Shown here: in pieces, positions 8,804 to 16,872 of the stretch
Numbering within the stretch: position 1 is the stretch's first letter
Layout of the letters: the number at the start of each line of letters is the position of its first letter
IMG/VR virus record: IMGVR_UViG_3300012953_000012
Coordinates: 64,001-128,000 of that record
Source: a virus
Taxonomy: Duplodnaviria; Caudoviricetes
Length of the DNA: 64,000 nucleotides
Reading direction: 5' to 3' (one strand)
Program-made: the position numbers and the translations under genes
The notes under the pieces: generated by a model
Told to the model about the DNA's origin: nothing
What the model saw: the letters and a program-made list of their open reading frames with translations, nothing else
Database searches by the model: none

Positions 8804-9240
8804 ACCCGCATGAACCGATCCTACATCGAAGGGATGATTAGCGAGATCATCATCAACGCTCCCAGTCCGAATGTATGGAGCGAAGGCGAGTACGAGGTCA
8901 GGGACTACCGGGGAACCGTCGAAGTACGCTTCTCTGGCTTCTCGGACCTCTGCGAGTTCGTCAACGCCGTTGAGAGGCGGGGTTGGGTAGCGACCATCAA
9001 GTCCGACGCCCGACGCCTTCTGTTCGGCGTGACCTTCGACATCCCGGCAGGCGAGGACCACGAGGGTTTGGCCTTGTTCGTGAGTGTGCGAGCCATGAAC
9101 ACCACCCTCCGAGCCTTGAAGAAGACGTACCCGGAAGTCACCCAAGAGTTCAACGCCCTTCTCGCCGCAGACGGCAAGACTTGGCAATCCGCCGCCCCTC
9201 CCCGCTGGATTCAAGGGCACCCTCACCATCGAGTAAACCC
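8765..9240 (+). repeat. Direct repeat pair: 8765-8807 (with extra CTCACC) and 9204-9240 (37 bp), flanking one gene
   Basis: gctggattcaagggcaccctcacc[ctcacc]atcgagtaaaccc read at both sites. Confidence 0.95.
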
Positions 9241-9244
9241 ATGA
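8810..9244 (+). CDS. Hypothetical protein bounded by direct repeats
   Basis: 144-aa ORF starting just after repeat copy 1 and ending across copy 2. Confidence 0.6.
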   Translation: MNRSYIEGMISEIIINAPSPNVWSEGEYEVRDYRGTVEVRFSGFSDLCEFVNAVERRGWVATIKSDARRLLFGVTFDIPAGEDHEGLALFVSVRAMNTTLRALKKTYPEVTQEFNALLAADGKTWQSAAPPRWIQGHPHHRVNP

Positions 9245-9567
9245 CCCCCACCTATGCCGTCAAGGACGGCAGGTACTCCTACACGCACATCACGGGCGAG
9301 GTCTTCGACACCGGACCCGAGATGGCGATGGTCTTCGACGTGCATGACGATCCAAGCCGCTCGATCCGCGTGACCTTGCACAAACATGGCCCTGTGGACA
9401 AGGTGACGCACTGGTACGAGGCCGCCATGGCCGCTTACAAGGAAAGCGGGCACCTTGAATGGGCTGAGGGCTTCATTCTCGTCACCGGGAAACTCGACGT
9501 GGACGAGGTGAACAAGGCCCTTGCGATCACAGGCTACTGCCCGTCGTTCCTGCCGGAAGGTGCGTGA
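9241..9567 (+). CDS. Hypothetical protein
   Basis: ATGA overlap with upstream stop. Confidence 0.6.
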   Translation: MTPTYAVKDGRYSYTHITGEVFDTGPEMAMVFDVHDDPSRSIRVTLHKHGPVDKVTHWYEAAMAAYKESGHLEWAEGFILVTGKLDVDEVNKALAITGYCPSFLPEGA

Positions 9568-9608
9568 TGGGACTCTCTCTCCGTGTCTACCTCTACTGGA
9601 CGTGACCC

Positions 9609-10427
9609 GTGTACATTCCGAACAAGGTCCACCACTTCCTTCGCCCTCCCACCAAGGCGAACGGGGTTCCGTGCTCCCCCTCTTTCCCTGTGTCGGCGGC
9701 GTTGAAGTCTTCGGCAGCGACGTGGAACAACGCTCGCAAGTGGGCAGAGAAGGGGGCGGGTGAGCCCGACCAGCCCGAGGTCGTCTGCGAGAACCCCCCG
9801 CGAGGTGGCTACCGTATCGTCGGAGCCGAGCAGCGTGGTCAGGGTGGTCGAGCGTGGCAGGTTGTCACCCCTGACTACTTCCTCGTGGATCTCCGCGAAG
9901 ATGTGTTCCTCCCCATCCTTCTGGAGAAGGGCTTGCCCGCAACGGGGGTCATCGACGCCGAGTTTCAGTGGTGCGTGAACGGCTCCCAACTGCGATTGGA
10001 GCAGGTCGGTTCCAAGTCCCACGCGAAGTACGTCTCCGAAGACGAGTGGCATGGCCGAAAGAAGGCTCGTCCGAAGAAGAAGTACGTCGGCGTCCGTGAT
10101 CTCGTGGTCGGACAGGCGTATGCGTTTGAGGGTCACGGCGTCCCCTCACACAAGAGGTATCTCGGTCGAGTCCGCATCAAGGGCAAGATCAAGACCCTGT
10201 GGACCAGAGACGCAGCCGTGGACTTCGCCTCCCGCTCCGGTATCTGTTGGGGCCATTATCTTATGGTGATGACCGGATCCAAGGCTATCCGCAAAGCCCC
10301 CGTGACGCGGGGATGTATCAACTGCATCGACCCCTCCAAGTTCGATGTGGAGCGCATCCTTGATGGCAGTGCTCTCTTTGATGGCATCGGGCAGCAGTTT
10401 GCGCCCGAACAAGTGGAAGTGCTGTGA
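9609..10427 (+). CDS. Hypothetical protein
   Basis: 272-aa ORF in a coupled + strand run. Confidence 0.6.
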   Translation: MYIPNKVHHFLRPPTKANGVPCSPSFPVSAALKSSAATWNNARKWAEKGAGEPDQPEVVCENPPRGGYRIVGAEQRGQGGRAWQVVTPDYFLVDLREDVFLPILLEKGLPATGVIDAEFQWCVNGSQLRLEQVGSKSHAKYVSEDEWHGRKKARPKKKYVGVRDLVVGQAYAFEGHGVPSHKRYLGRVRIKGKIKTLWTRDAAVDFASRSGICWGHYLMVMTGSKAIRKAPVTRGCINCIDPSKFDVERILDGSALFDGIGQQFAPEQVEVL

Positions 10428-10795
10428 GTCTTTCCAATCTGATTCAGCAGAGCGGCATCGGCGGCTCTCCGACCTGCACCTGCATGGTCTGTGGCAAGCA
10501 GGCCAAGGCGGTGACGGAGAACTGGGAGCACCCCACGGCCTTCTCCCCGCCTGACGGGTGGCACTGGATCGAGAAGGAAATGTGGGTCGAGGAAGGATAC
10601 TGCTGCGGCTGTATCCCCGCAGGCTGGAGGAAGCACTGTAGCGGCCAGTGGATCAAGCCCGGTTTCACTGGGGTTCAACAGATCAACGAGGGGCGATGGC
10701 TCACAGGCGTTGGGGTCTACGACGATCTGGTCGTCGCCATCAACGCCTGTGAAGAACGAGCCGACGAGATCCGCTCGTTCAAGGGGGTACTGTGA
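10424..10795 (+). CDS. Hypothetical Cys-rich protein (CxCxxC, CCGC)
   Basis: GTGA overlaps on both sides. Confidence 0.55.
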   Translation: MSLSNLIQQSGIGGSPTCTCMVCGKQAKAVTENWEHPTAFSPPDGWHWIEKEMWVEEGYCCGCIPAGWRKHCSGQWIKPGFTGVQQINEGRWLTGVGVYDDLVVAINACEERADEIRSFKGVL

Positions 10796-11115
10796 CTGAG
10801 AAGAACACACCACCATGGCAGCAGGAGCACCCCAACTACGCGGGCTGGTTCGCTGAGTACGGCGGAGACAACTGGGGAGAAGTGGGCGAGATCGTTCACC
10901 CACCGACCGCCGAAGGCCGACATGCTGCCCAAGAAGAGGCCCAAGAGTTTCAGGACTACTACGCATCCAAGACCGACGACGAGGGCTACATCGCGGAGTT
11001 GTACTCGACGGCGGCTCCGCTCGCGTTGAGCGCGGGCGGCTTCTTCGCCATGTGTGACTGCTGCGACTGGGGCTACACCGAACTCGACAGCGTCGGCTGG
11101 ATGGGTGGTGTGTAG
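10792..11115 (+). CDS. Hypothetical acidic protein (CDCC motif)
   Basis: Coupled ORF. Confidence 0.55.
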   Translation: MTEKNTPPWQQEHPNYAGWFAEYGGDNWGEVGEIVHPPTAEGRHAAQEEAQEFQDYYASKTDDEGYIAELYSTAAPLALSAGGFFAMCDCCDWGYTELDSVGWMGGV

Positions 11116-11316
11116 ATGGGATGGAAGATTCGACCAGACTGTGTGATCGAGGGGTGTGACTCCGAACAGGCCGTAGGGCGACAGTGGTGTCGGGATCATG
11201 ATCCCGAACGCTGCCAGGCGGCGGTGAGCATCACCACGCACTCCCACACCCAGGACCGCTGCCGCAACCGCGCCAAGCCAGGTCAACGCTTCTGCAAGAC
11301 CCACTTGAAGGGTTGA
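11116..11316 (+). CDS. Small Cys/His zinc-finger-like protein
   Basis: C-x4-C...C-x2-H and C...C...CKTH. Confidence 0.5.
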   Translation: MGWKIRPDCVIEGCDSEQAVGRQWCRDHDPERCQAAVSITTHSHTQDRCRNRAKPGQRFCKTHLKG

Positions 11317-11349
11317 GGGTAGGGTGAACCCTACCCATCGGAGGACACA

Positions 11350-11751
11350 ATGGCAAAAGGCAAGATCAAGCGCGTAGCGAACCTCGACCCCCAGAAATGG
11401 GAGAACGAGTCGTACCTGTTCGTGAAGGTGGAGGGCTCCTGGTCAGCACAGGCCGAGGAATACCTGCTGCTCACGGACCACGAGGTCACCGAGGCCAGCG
11501 ACCGGGCCAGCAAGAACACCGAGGACGTGCCTGACCTCAAGCGTGGGGTCTTCACCCGCGTGGACAACCGAGACAAGCACGCCGCCGCAGACGACTACTA
11601 CATCGCCTTCCAGGTGCGGGACGCGGACGGCAACGACGTGGACCTGATGTTCACCGAGGAGGCGATGGACCGCATCCGCAAGCGGGTCGAAGCCAACGCC
11701 GAAGACGTGGAGGCAAACAAGACTGGCTGGCTGGCAGACCTGTTCGACTAA
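11350..11751 (+). CDS. Hypothetical protein with two internal repeats
   Basis: GGAGG RBS; halves end in ...RASKNTEDV and ...RVEANAEDV. Confidence 0.7.
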   Translation: MAKGKIKRVANLDPQKWENESYLFVKVEGSWSAQAEEYLLLTDHEVTEASDRASKNTEDVPDLKRGVFTRVDNRDKHAAADDYYIAFQVRDADGNDVDLMFTEEAMDRIRKRVEANAEDVEANKTGWLADLFD

Positions 11752-11760
11752 GGAGCGACC

Positions 11761-11982
11761 GTGAGCAAGAACATCAAGATCATCGAGGGCAAGGACGGCA
11801 ACGACGTCGAGGTCGTGACCCGATCCGCTTCAAAGAAGCGATTGGCGCGACACCCAGACAAAGACAAGCGCCCGCTGTTCGGCGGTCCCGAGTCCGTCCT
11901 CGGTGGGCGGGTCCAGAAGGATCTGGACAACGCGCTGATGTACGCCTCGCTCGACGCGCTCATGAACCCGCAGGGGGAGTGA
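11761..11982 (+). CDS. Hypothetical protein
   Basis: AAGGAG RBS before GTG. Confidence 0.6.
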   Translation: MSKNIKIIEGKDGNDVEVVTRSASKKRLARHPDKDKRPLFGGPESVLGGRVQKDLDNALMYASLDALMNPQGE

Positions 11983-12428
11983 TGTCCGACGACAAGCCCC
12001 ACACCACTATGTTCCCCATCGACCACGGCGGTGTGCTCACTGCCGCAGCCAAGGCGGCGGGATTCGTAGAGATCGCCTCGACGCCCGCCATCAACCACGG
12101 CGAGATCAAGGGGAGAAGGGGGGTCACGATGACTCACCCATGGGAAGACCCCAACCTCATGCCGCTGTACCAAGTCCAGTTGGAGACGCGGGACTTGCTC
12201 GTGTCCTACGAGATCGCCACCCCGGACTTCGACTATGTGGAGATCGCCATGGCCCACCTGCGAGAGCGGCTGCGTGATCCCCACGTCCCCATCCACTACG
12301 GCGGTGGTGGCGACATTGGCTACCACCCCATCGGTGACGGCAAGCCTGTGGTCATCGAGTGGAAGGTGACGACGGGCACCCTGAGCAAGAAGTCCAACAA
12401 CGACGAAAACGCGCCCCCCAGACCGTGA
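11979..12428 (+). CDS. Hypothetical protein
   Basis: Coupled ORF ending in a hairpin at a convergent junction. Confidence 0.6.
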   Translation: MMSDDKPHTTMFPIDHGGVLTAAAKAAGFVEIASTPAINHGEIKGRRGVTMTHPWEDPNLMPLYQVQLETRDLLVSYEIATPDFDYVEIAMAHLRERLRDPHVPIHYGGGGDIGYHPIGDGKPVVIEWKVTTGTLSKKSNNDENAPPRP

Positions 12429-12445
12429 GGTCCAGGGGGCGCGTT
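12408..12445. terminator. Hairpin at convergent gene junction (likely bidirectional terminator)
   Basis: aacgcgccccc / gggggcgcgtt 11-bp stem with inner gacc/ggtc. Confidence 0.6.
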
Positions 12446-12455
12446 CGTCATGGGA

Positions 12456-12653
12456 TTAGCGGGGGCGCAGCATCGCCACGCACTCGGCGTGGTGTTGGCG
12501 GGAGTCAGGCCCACGAAGGTCACCCTTCTCAGCCATGCACGCCATGATGGCGTACCGGGCTTCGTCGTTGGGCTTCACTACCTTCTGGTAGTAGACGCCC
12601 ACTCCGACGAGGAGGGCAAAGATGGTGGCAGCAGCAGCAATACGATCAGTCAT
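12456..12653 (-). CDS. Small protein with N-terminal transmembrane segment
   Basis: GGAG RBS; IAAAATIFALLVGVGVYY; directly downstream of promoter motif copy 1. Confidence 0.6.
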   Translation of the reverse strand: MTDRIAAAATIFALLVGVGVYYQKVVKPNDEARYAIMACMAEKGDLRGPDSRQHHAECVAMLRPR

Positions 12654-12696
12654 GTGATCTCCGTTTCAGCAGTGGTGGAGGGGAACCCCCTCCACC

Positions 12697-12727
12697 TACT
12701 TACGGAAGCAGCACCCCCTTTTAACGG
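12697..12727 (-). promoter_or_regulatory. Class E (early-type) motif TTAAAA-N9-GCTTCCGTAAGTA, copy 1
   Basis: Minus strand ccgTTAAAAgggggtgctGCTTCCGTAAGTA. Confidence 0.75.
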
Positions 12728-12739
12728 GGCGGGATCAAA

Positions 12740-13135
12740 CTACTTGCCCAGAGCGCCCGACACCGCTGCCTTGAAGAACAAGGCACCGAAGGTGCCGAGG
12801 AGATGCCCGGCCTTCTTGACTGCCTGACGGGCCGACTTCTTTTCGGCTCGTTCGGCATTCTGGAGGGCAGCCACAGCATCACTCGCGACACGAGGGCTGG
12901 CCCAATCGATCTTCGGGGTCTCGCCTCGCAGCATCTTGTTGATCTCACGCTTCGCGATCTTGACGCCCTCAGGGCCGAGATTCTCAACGGCGTCAGCCAT
13001 CAAGGAGAGCACGAGCGCCTTCGTGGGGTCATCGGCATCGGAAGCCAGTGCGTCCAGTTCCTCCTGAGCCTTCGCGACGGCAGCGTTGCCGACCAGTGGG
13101 ATCAGGGACTCCAGGGTGCTTGAAAAGTCAGACAT
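12740..13135 (-). CDS. Hypothetical helical protein with hydrophobic C-terminal segment
   Basis: GAGGA RBS; co-oriented with lipoprotein; ends HLLGTFGALFFKAAVSGALGK. Confidence 0.65.
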   Translation of the reverse strand: MSDFSSTLESLIPLVGNAAVAKAQEELDALASDADDPTKALVLSLMADAVENLGPEGVKIAKREINKMLRGETPKIDWASPRVASDAVAALQNAERAEKKSARQAVKKAGHLLGTFGALFFKAAVSGALGK

Positions 13136-13138
13136 GGC

Positions 13139-13537
13139 TCAGTCCTCCTCGGCGGGTTCGGGTGAGGCGGCAGGTGCAGCGGGGAGCGGGCAAGACAAGG
13201 GAGCGATTTCTGGCGGTTGCTCAGACGGCTCTGCCTCGATCATCCCAGCGTTCCACAGGCTCATGGACTTGTGCCACTCATGGCGAGCCTCGATGGTCAG
13301 CACGAAGTCCGCAGCCTTCTCGCACTCGGGGTCAGAGAACTGGGGTCCCTCGGCATCCGACTCGCAGGAGCAGTGCTCTTCGATGAAGGTCCGAAGGTAC
13401 TTGGCCTGCTGGGTAGCCCAGTTGTCGTACTGGTCGAGTTCGGCCTGATAGACACGGGCGTCCCGCAGGACGGTCTTGTGGGCGCACCCGGCTGTCAGAC
13501 TGACAGCGACGAGAAGCGCGGTGATTTCTGCTTTCAT
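13139..13537 (-). CDS. Putative lipoprotein
   Basis: MKAEITALLVAVSLTAG|C signal-peptide-II-like N-terminus; GGAGG RBS; Pro-rich C-terminus. Confidence 0.65.
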   Translation of the reverse strand: MKAEITALLVAVSLTAGCAHKTVLRDARVYQAELDQYDNWATQQAKYLRTFIEEHCSCESDAEGPQFSDPECEKAADFVLTIEARHEWHKSMSLWNAGMIEAEPSEQPPEIAPLSCPLPAAPAASPEPAEED

Positions 13538-13541
13538 GGCG

Positions 13542-13599
13542 ATTCGCCTCCAACGATGGTTCACCGGACTATACCGGCGACACATCGTTGGAGGCGAAT
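13542..13599 (-). promoter_or_regulatory. RBS-sequestering hairpin (perfect 17-bp stem) upstream of lipoprotein gene
   Basis: Arms 13583-13599 and 13542-13558 are exact reverse complements; 3' arm contains GGAGG. Confidence 0.85.
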
Positions 13600-13611
13600 A
13601 GAGGGGCTACC
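13597..13611 (-). promoter_or_regulatory. Class L (late-type) motif GGTAG-cccct-CTAT
   Basis: Matches TAG-N5-CTAT; CTAT overlaps the start of the hairpin 5' arm. Confidence 0.7.
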
Positions 13612-13918
13612 ACCAGTGGTGGTCAGGGTGGGAATCCAACTCGGCAACGTAGGCGGCCACGGCGGCAGCATCCCGAGCAGCCTCGATGGCTCCCACAGCC
13701 CGCTCCAGGGCAGCGTAGCGAGCGGGGTGCTCCAGGATCATGTCGGGGTCGAGGTCGATGCCGAAGGCGTCCTTGAGGGACACCGTTTCAATCTCGGCCT
13801 CTTCGCCGGGTTGGTCCCAGGTCGCAGCGCAACCAGGGGAGTAGGTCAGGGAGCCGGTCACGATGCCCATTCCGGGCAGGGTCACAGCGTCTTCGGTGGT
13901 CAGGGTCACAGTAGGCAT
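13607..13918 (-). CDS. Hypothetical protein
   Basis: CTGGAG RBS before ATG 13918 (MPTVTLTT). Confidence 0.6.
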   Translation of the reverse strand: MPTVTLTTEDAVTLPGMGIVTGSLTYSPGCAATWDQPGEEAEIETVSLKDAFGIDLDPDMILEHPARYAALERAVGAIEAARDAAAVAAYVAELDSHPDHHWW

Positions 13919-13955
13919 GGGGTCTCCAGGGTGGGGGTCAACAACGCCGAAAATG

Positions 13956-13987
13956 CCCCCCGCCAACGTCGCTACTGTCGCGGGGGG
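13956..13987 (-). terminator. Possible weak intrinsic terminator
   Basis: ccccccgc/gcgggggg stem followed by cauuuu on minus strand; 16-nt loop is atypically long. Confidence 0.3.
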
Positions 13988-14017
13988 GTCGCATGAACAC
14001 GGTCGCTGCGGGACGCA

Positions 14018-14275
14018 CTACAGTAGTGCTGCCAGCCCAGCGAACGGGTTGTAGGTGAGGTCACTCCAGGTGTCGGCAGGGGGAAGCGGTCCTTGATACG
14101 GAGGCCGGGTCATGTCCGCGATCTCTTCGTAGAGGAAGTCCGCCAGAGCCACCATGCCAGCCTCGTCGTCCGACGCGGGGAAGATGACTCTGCCCCGAGG
14201 TCGGATGCCGTAGGTATCCTTGTAGACGTCGGAGTAGAGGGAGTACGCCTGGTCAAGGCGGGTTTGGGGGGTGAT
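14018..14275 (-). CDS. Small phage protein with YSDVYKDTYGIRPR motif; start uncertain (ATC 14275 or GTG 14362)
   Basis: Motif resembles a common small phage family (YSDxYKDxxGxRPR); GGAG lies 5 nt before the ATC. Confidence 0.5.
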   Translation of the reverse strand: MTPQTRLDQAYSLYSDVYKDTYGIRPRGRVIFPASDDEAGMVALADFLYEEIADMTRPPYQGPLPPADTWSDLTYNPFAGLAALL

Positions 14276-14483
14276 GAAAACTCCAGTTGGGGTTGATGGG
14301 GAAGGGGAACAGGAAGGGAATGTCGGACCGCCCAAGGATACGAACCTCGGACCACGACTCACTCGTTGGAGCGAGCGTCAACACATCGCCCTGCTGCTCC
14401 AACAGCAAGGATCAACGTCGGTTGTCGTGGTGACCGTCACGGCCATAAGGGAGGCAGCATCGTCGTCGCTGCCTCCTTGCATC

Positions 14484-14513
14484 TACTTACGGAAGCAGAC
14501 GAGAGTTTTAACG
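14484..14513 (-). promoter_or_regulatory. Class E motif copy 2
   Basis: Minus strand cgTTAAAActctcgtctGCTTCCGTAAGTA. Confidence 0.75.
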
Positions 14514-14600
14514 AGAAGGAGGCCAAAAAAAGATTCGGGTGCCTGTGAATGCCCATGGTCCCTCGGTTTTCGGGAGGTAGGGAAAAAACTCGGAGGGTGG

Positions 14601-14631
14601 CCGTTAAAAGTGCCTCCTGCTTCCGTAAGTA
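14601..14631 (+). promoter_or_regulatory. Class E motif copy 3 (divergent from copy 2)
   Basis: ccgTTAAAAgtgcctcctGCTTCCGTAAGTA. Confidence 0.75.
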
Positions 14632-14685
14632 CATGACACCCCCTCTCCCCTTCCCCGTGCCGCCCAGCGGCCAACCGGAGCACCC

Positions 14686-15279
14686 ATGACTTACAACCCC
14701 AACAGCCTGACTGACCGCCGCAACCTGGCGACCGCTCTCTGCGCTCGCCTCACCGAGTGCGGCTTCACCCCCGTCACCCGCAAGGGGACGAAGGAAGCCA
14801 TCTACTCCCGTCCTGTGGATGGCACGGACGGCACCATCAAGGTGCTGGTCTACACCAGCGTCGTCCCTGTCCGGGGCGGCTTCGCCGTCCGCAAGGAAGG
14901 CAAGGACGCCATCCGCGTCTGCGCCGTCTACACCGGCAAGGGCGGCAAGGAACGCGGCATCGCCCGTGCCGACAAGCGGGTCAACCGCACTGGCACCATC
15001 GAGGCCACTGTCGAGCGCACCTACCAGCGGATGCGCGACGTCTACAAGACCGCCGCAACCTGCGAGCGGTGCCGCTGTGGCGCTCCGAAGTTCGTGAGCA
15101 AGAAGGGCAACGAGGTCTGTGCTGACCTGTGCTTCCTCTCGGACAGCGAGCGCAACCGCCCGGCCCCGCGCCATCCTCGTCGGTCCTACGGTCGGGGCTA
15201 CCGGCCTCGTCGGCGTCGGTCGTCCTACGTTTCGACGTCCTACGACATCGAGTGCGCTCTCAACGGGGTGGCCCCATGA
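14686..15279 (+). CDS. Hypothetical early-type protein, Arg-rich C-terminus
   Basis: GGAG RBS; CxxCxC...CADLC. Confidence 0.65.
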   Translation: MTYNPNSLTDRRNLATALCARLTECGFTPVTRKGTKEAIYSRPVDGTDGTIKVLVYTSVVPVRGGFAVRKEGKDAIRVCAVYTGKGGKERGIARADKRVNRTGTIEATVERTYQRMRDVYKTAATCERCRCGAPKFVSKKGNEVCADLCFLSDSERNRPAPRHPRRSYGRGYRPRRRRSSYVSTSYDIECALNGVAP

Positions 15280-15458
15280 TCCGCCACCTGACCGCCCTGT
15301 TCCATCGGGCACGCTGCGACCGTGCCGTGTTGATCCCGATGCTCGACAAACTCACCCCCCTGGAGCAGCAAGCCTTGTGGCGACTGCTCCAGTCCGTTCA
15401 AGACGACGCCCAGCGCGACGGTGCCCGCAAGGGTGCCCGCCAGCCGTGGCGTCGATGA
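15276..15458 (+). CDS. Small hypothetical protein
   Basis: ATGA overlap with upstream stop. Confidence 0.5.
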   Translation: MIRHLTALFHRARCDRAVLIPMLDKLTPLEQQALWRLLQSVQDDAQRDGARKGARQPWRR

Positions 15459-15488
15459 TCCCCCACCCCACACGCCAGGAGGTATCCC

Positions 15489-16352
15489 ATGGCTGACATC
15501 AACAAACTCATTGAGCAGTTCGCTGCCGGGGTCAAGTCCTCTACTCGTGAGGACGTGACCAGCGGCAACCTGGAAGGCTTCAAGGACTTCAACCTGTCCG
15601 CGAAGCCCGCAACCCCCCGCAAGACCACCACGCCCACTGTGACCCCGCTGGAAGCCGCCCAGGCAGTCCGCGAGGCTGTGGCCGCGAAGGGCGGTCGCCG
15701 TCCGAAGGTCACCTACTGGAAGCCCGTCGCCGCGAAGACCCTGGGCATCAGCAAGTTGTTCGCCAAGCGATGGCAGGCTGTCCTGGACGCCGGGATCGAC
15801 GCGGGCCTGTTCCGCATCGACACCGAGACCCTGGCTCACCCCATCCTCGTCGCGCTCGACCCTGAGCCGGAACCCGAGGTCGAGGAGCCGGTTGCCGTGA
15901 CCCGCCCCCGCGTGGTCGAGGACAACGACGACTTCGACTACGACCGCTCCTGGCCTCCCGAAGGCTGGGTCGCCCCTGTGACACTCCCTTGTGGCCACAT
16001 GAACCACAAGGGCCACGGAGTCACCGAGGACGACCCGAAGCAGGTCGCCGCCCGTGCGGAAGGCTTCTGCTGCGCTGCTGCGAAGCAGAACGCGCAGCAG
16101 GTCGCCCGGCTGAACCCCGGCACGTCTGGACGGAACGTCCACCTTCACGTCAACTGGCGTGTCCGTGGGCTGACCCATCCGGTCCCCAAGGCTTTGCGCC
16201 GCTCCCCTGAGCGGGAAGCCAGCGGTGGCTTCCCCGGCCTCTGCTGTGATCCCGAGTCCGGCCTCTACATCGGAGGTCTGGGCAACAACTGTCGCCACTA
16301 CCACACCGGCTCTGAACGCTGTGTGATCCATGCACCGAAGGAGGTCAAGTGA
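15489..16352 (+). CDS. Hypothetical protein (Cys/His-rich C-terminal half)
   Basis: AGGAGG RBS. Confidence 0.7.
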   Translation: MADINKLIEQFAAGVKSSTREDVTSGNLEGFKDFNLSAKPATPRKTTTPTVTPLEAAQAVREAVAAKGGRRPKVTYWKPVAAKTLGISKLFAKRWQAVLDAGIDAGLFRIDTETLAHPILVALDPEPEPEVEEPVAVTRPRVVEDNDDFDYDRSWPPEGWVAPVTLPCGHMNHKGHGVTEDDPKQVAARAEGFCCAAAKQNAQQVARLNPGTSGRNVHLHVNWRVRGLTHPVPKALRRSPEREASGGFPGLCCDPESGLYIGGLGNNCRHYHTGSERCVIHAPKEVK

Positions 16353-16624
16353 TGTCTGCTGTTCAACCCCTCGTGGCTGTAGCCACGATCCCCGTCCCGA
16401 CCGGCTGGCGGTTCGTCCTGGAGGACGACATGCCCAGCATCGAGCGTGACGTGGGAGACTTCACCCTCACCGTTGGTTTGGACGACGGCAAGTGGCGCTG
16501 GTGGCTCTGCCCCCGTGGCCACAGCGGTGCCGTCCCAAGCCCCGGCAGCGGTGCGGACATGGTGGACGCCATCTGGCAGGTCTTCGACGCCCTCGCCCGC
16601 CGCCTTGATGGAGGTGGAGCATGA
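16352..16624 (+). CDS. Hypothetical protein
   Basis: GGAGG RBS; overlaps upstream stop. Confidence 0.55.
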   Translation: MSAVQPLVAVATIPVPTGWRFVLEDDMPSIERDVGDFTLTVGLDDGKWRWWLCPRGHSGAVPSPGSGADMVDAIWQVFDALARRLDGGGA

Positions 16625-16839
16625 CCCGCTGTGACCGCTGCCCGAAGCCCCTCGGCGTCCATCGGGTGTCGTGGTTCAACCTCGACACCATCTGCACTCG
16701 CTGTCAGGCCCAGGAAGAAGCCCACCCCGACTACGCCTATGCCCGCGATGTAGAACGCAAGCGGGTACAGGTTGGTGACTACAACTTCGTTGGAGTCGGC
16801 TGGCCTGGAGTCAACGGCAGGGTGCTCCGCACCCGGTAG
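16621..16839 (+). CDS. Small zinc-finger-like protein (CDRC...CTRC)
   Basis: ATGA overlap; GGAGG RBS. Confidence 0.6.
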   Translation: MTRCDRCPKPLGVHRVSWFNLDTICTRCQAQEEAHPDYAYARDVERKRVQVGDYNFVGVGWPGVNGRVLRTR

Positions 16840-16872
16840 ACGGGCTATCGCCTCCGACTGTTCGGAGGCGAT
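16835..16872 (+). promoter_or_regulatory. Class L motif GGTAG-acggg-CTAT fused to an 11-bp RBS/start-codon-sequestering hairpin
   Basis: atcgcctccga-ctgt-tcggaggcgat (16847-16872) buries GGAGG and the AT of ATG 16871. Confidence 0.85.

Noticed and set aside
11317-11336. gggtaggg-tgaa-ccctaccc hairpin as a class L promoter or RBS switch
   Set aside because: Spacing does not fit TAG-N5-CTAT and the stem ends before the GGAGG; at most a processing or stability stem
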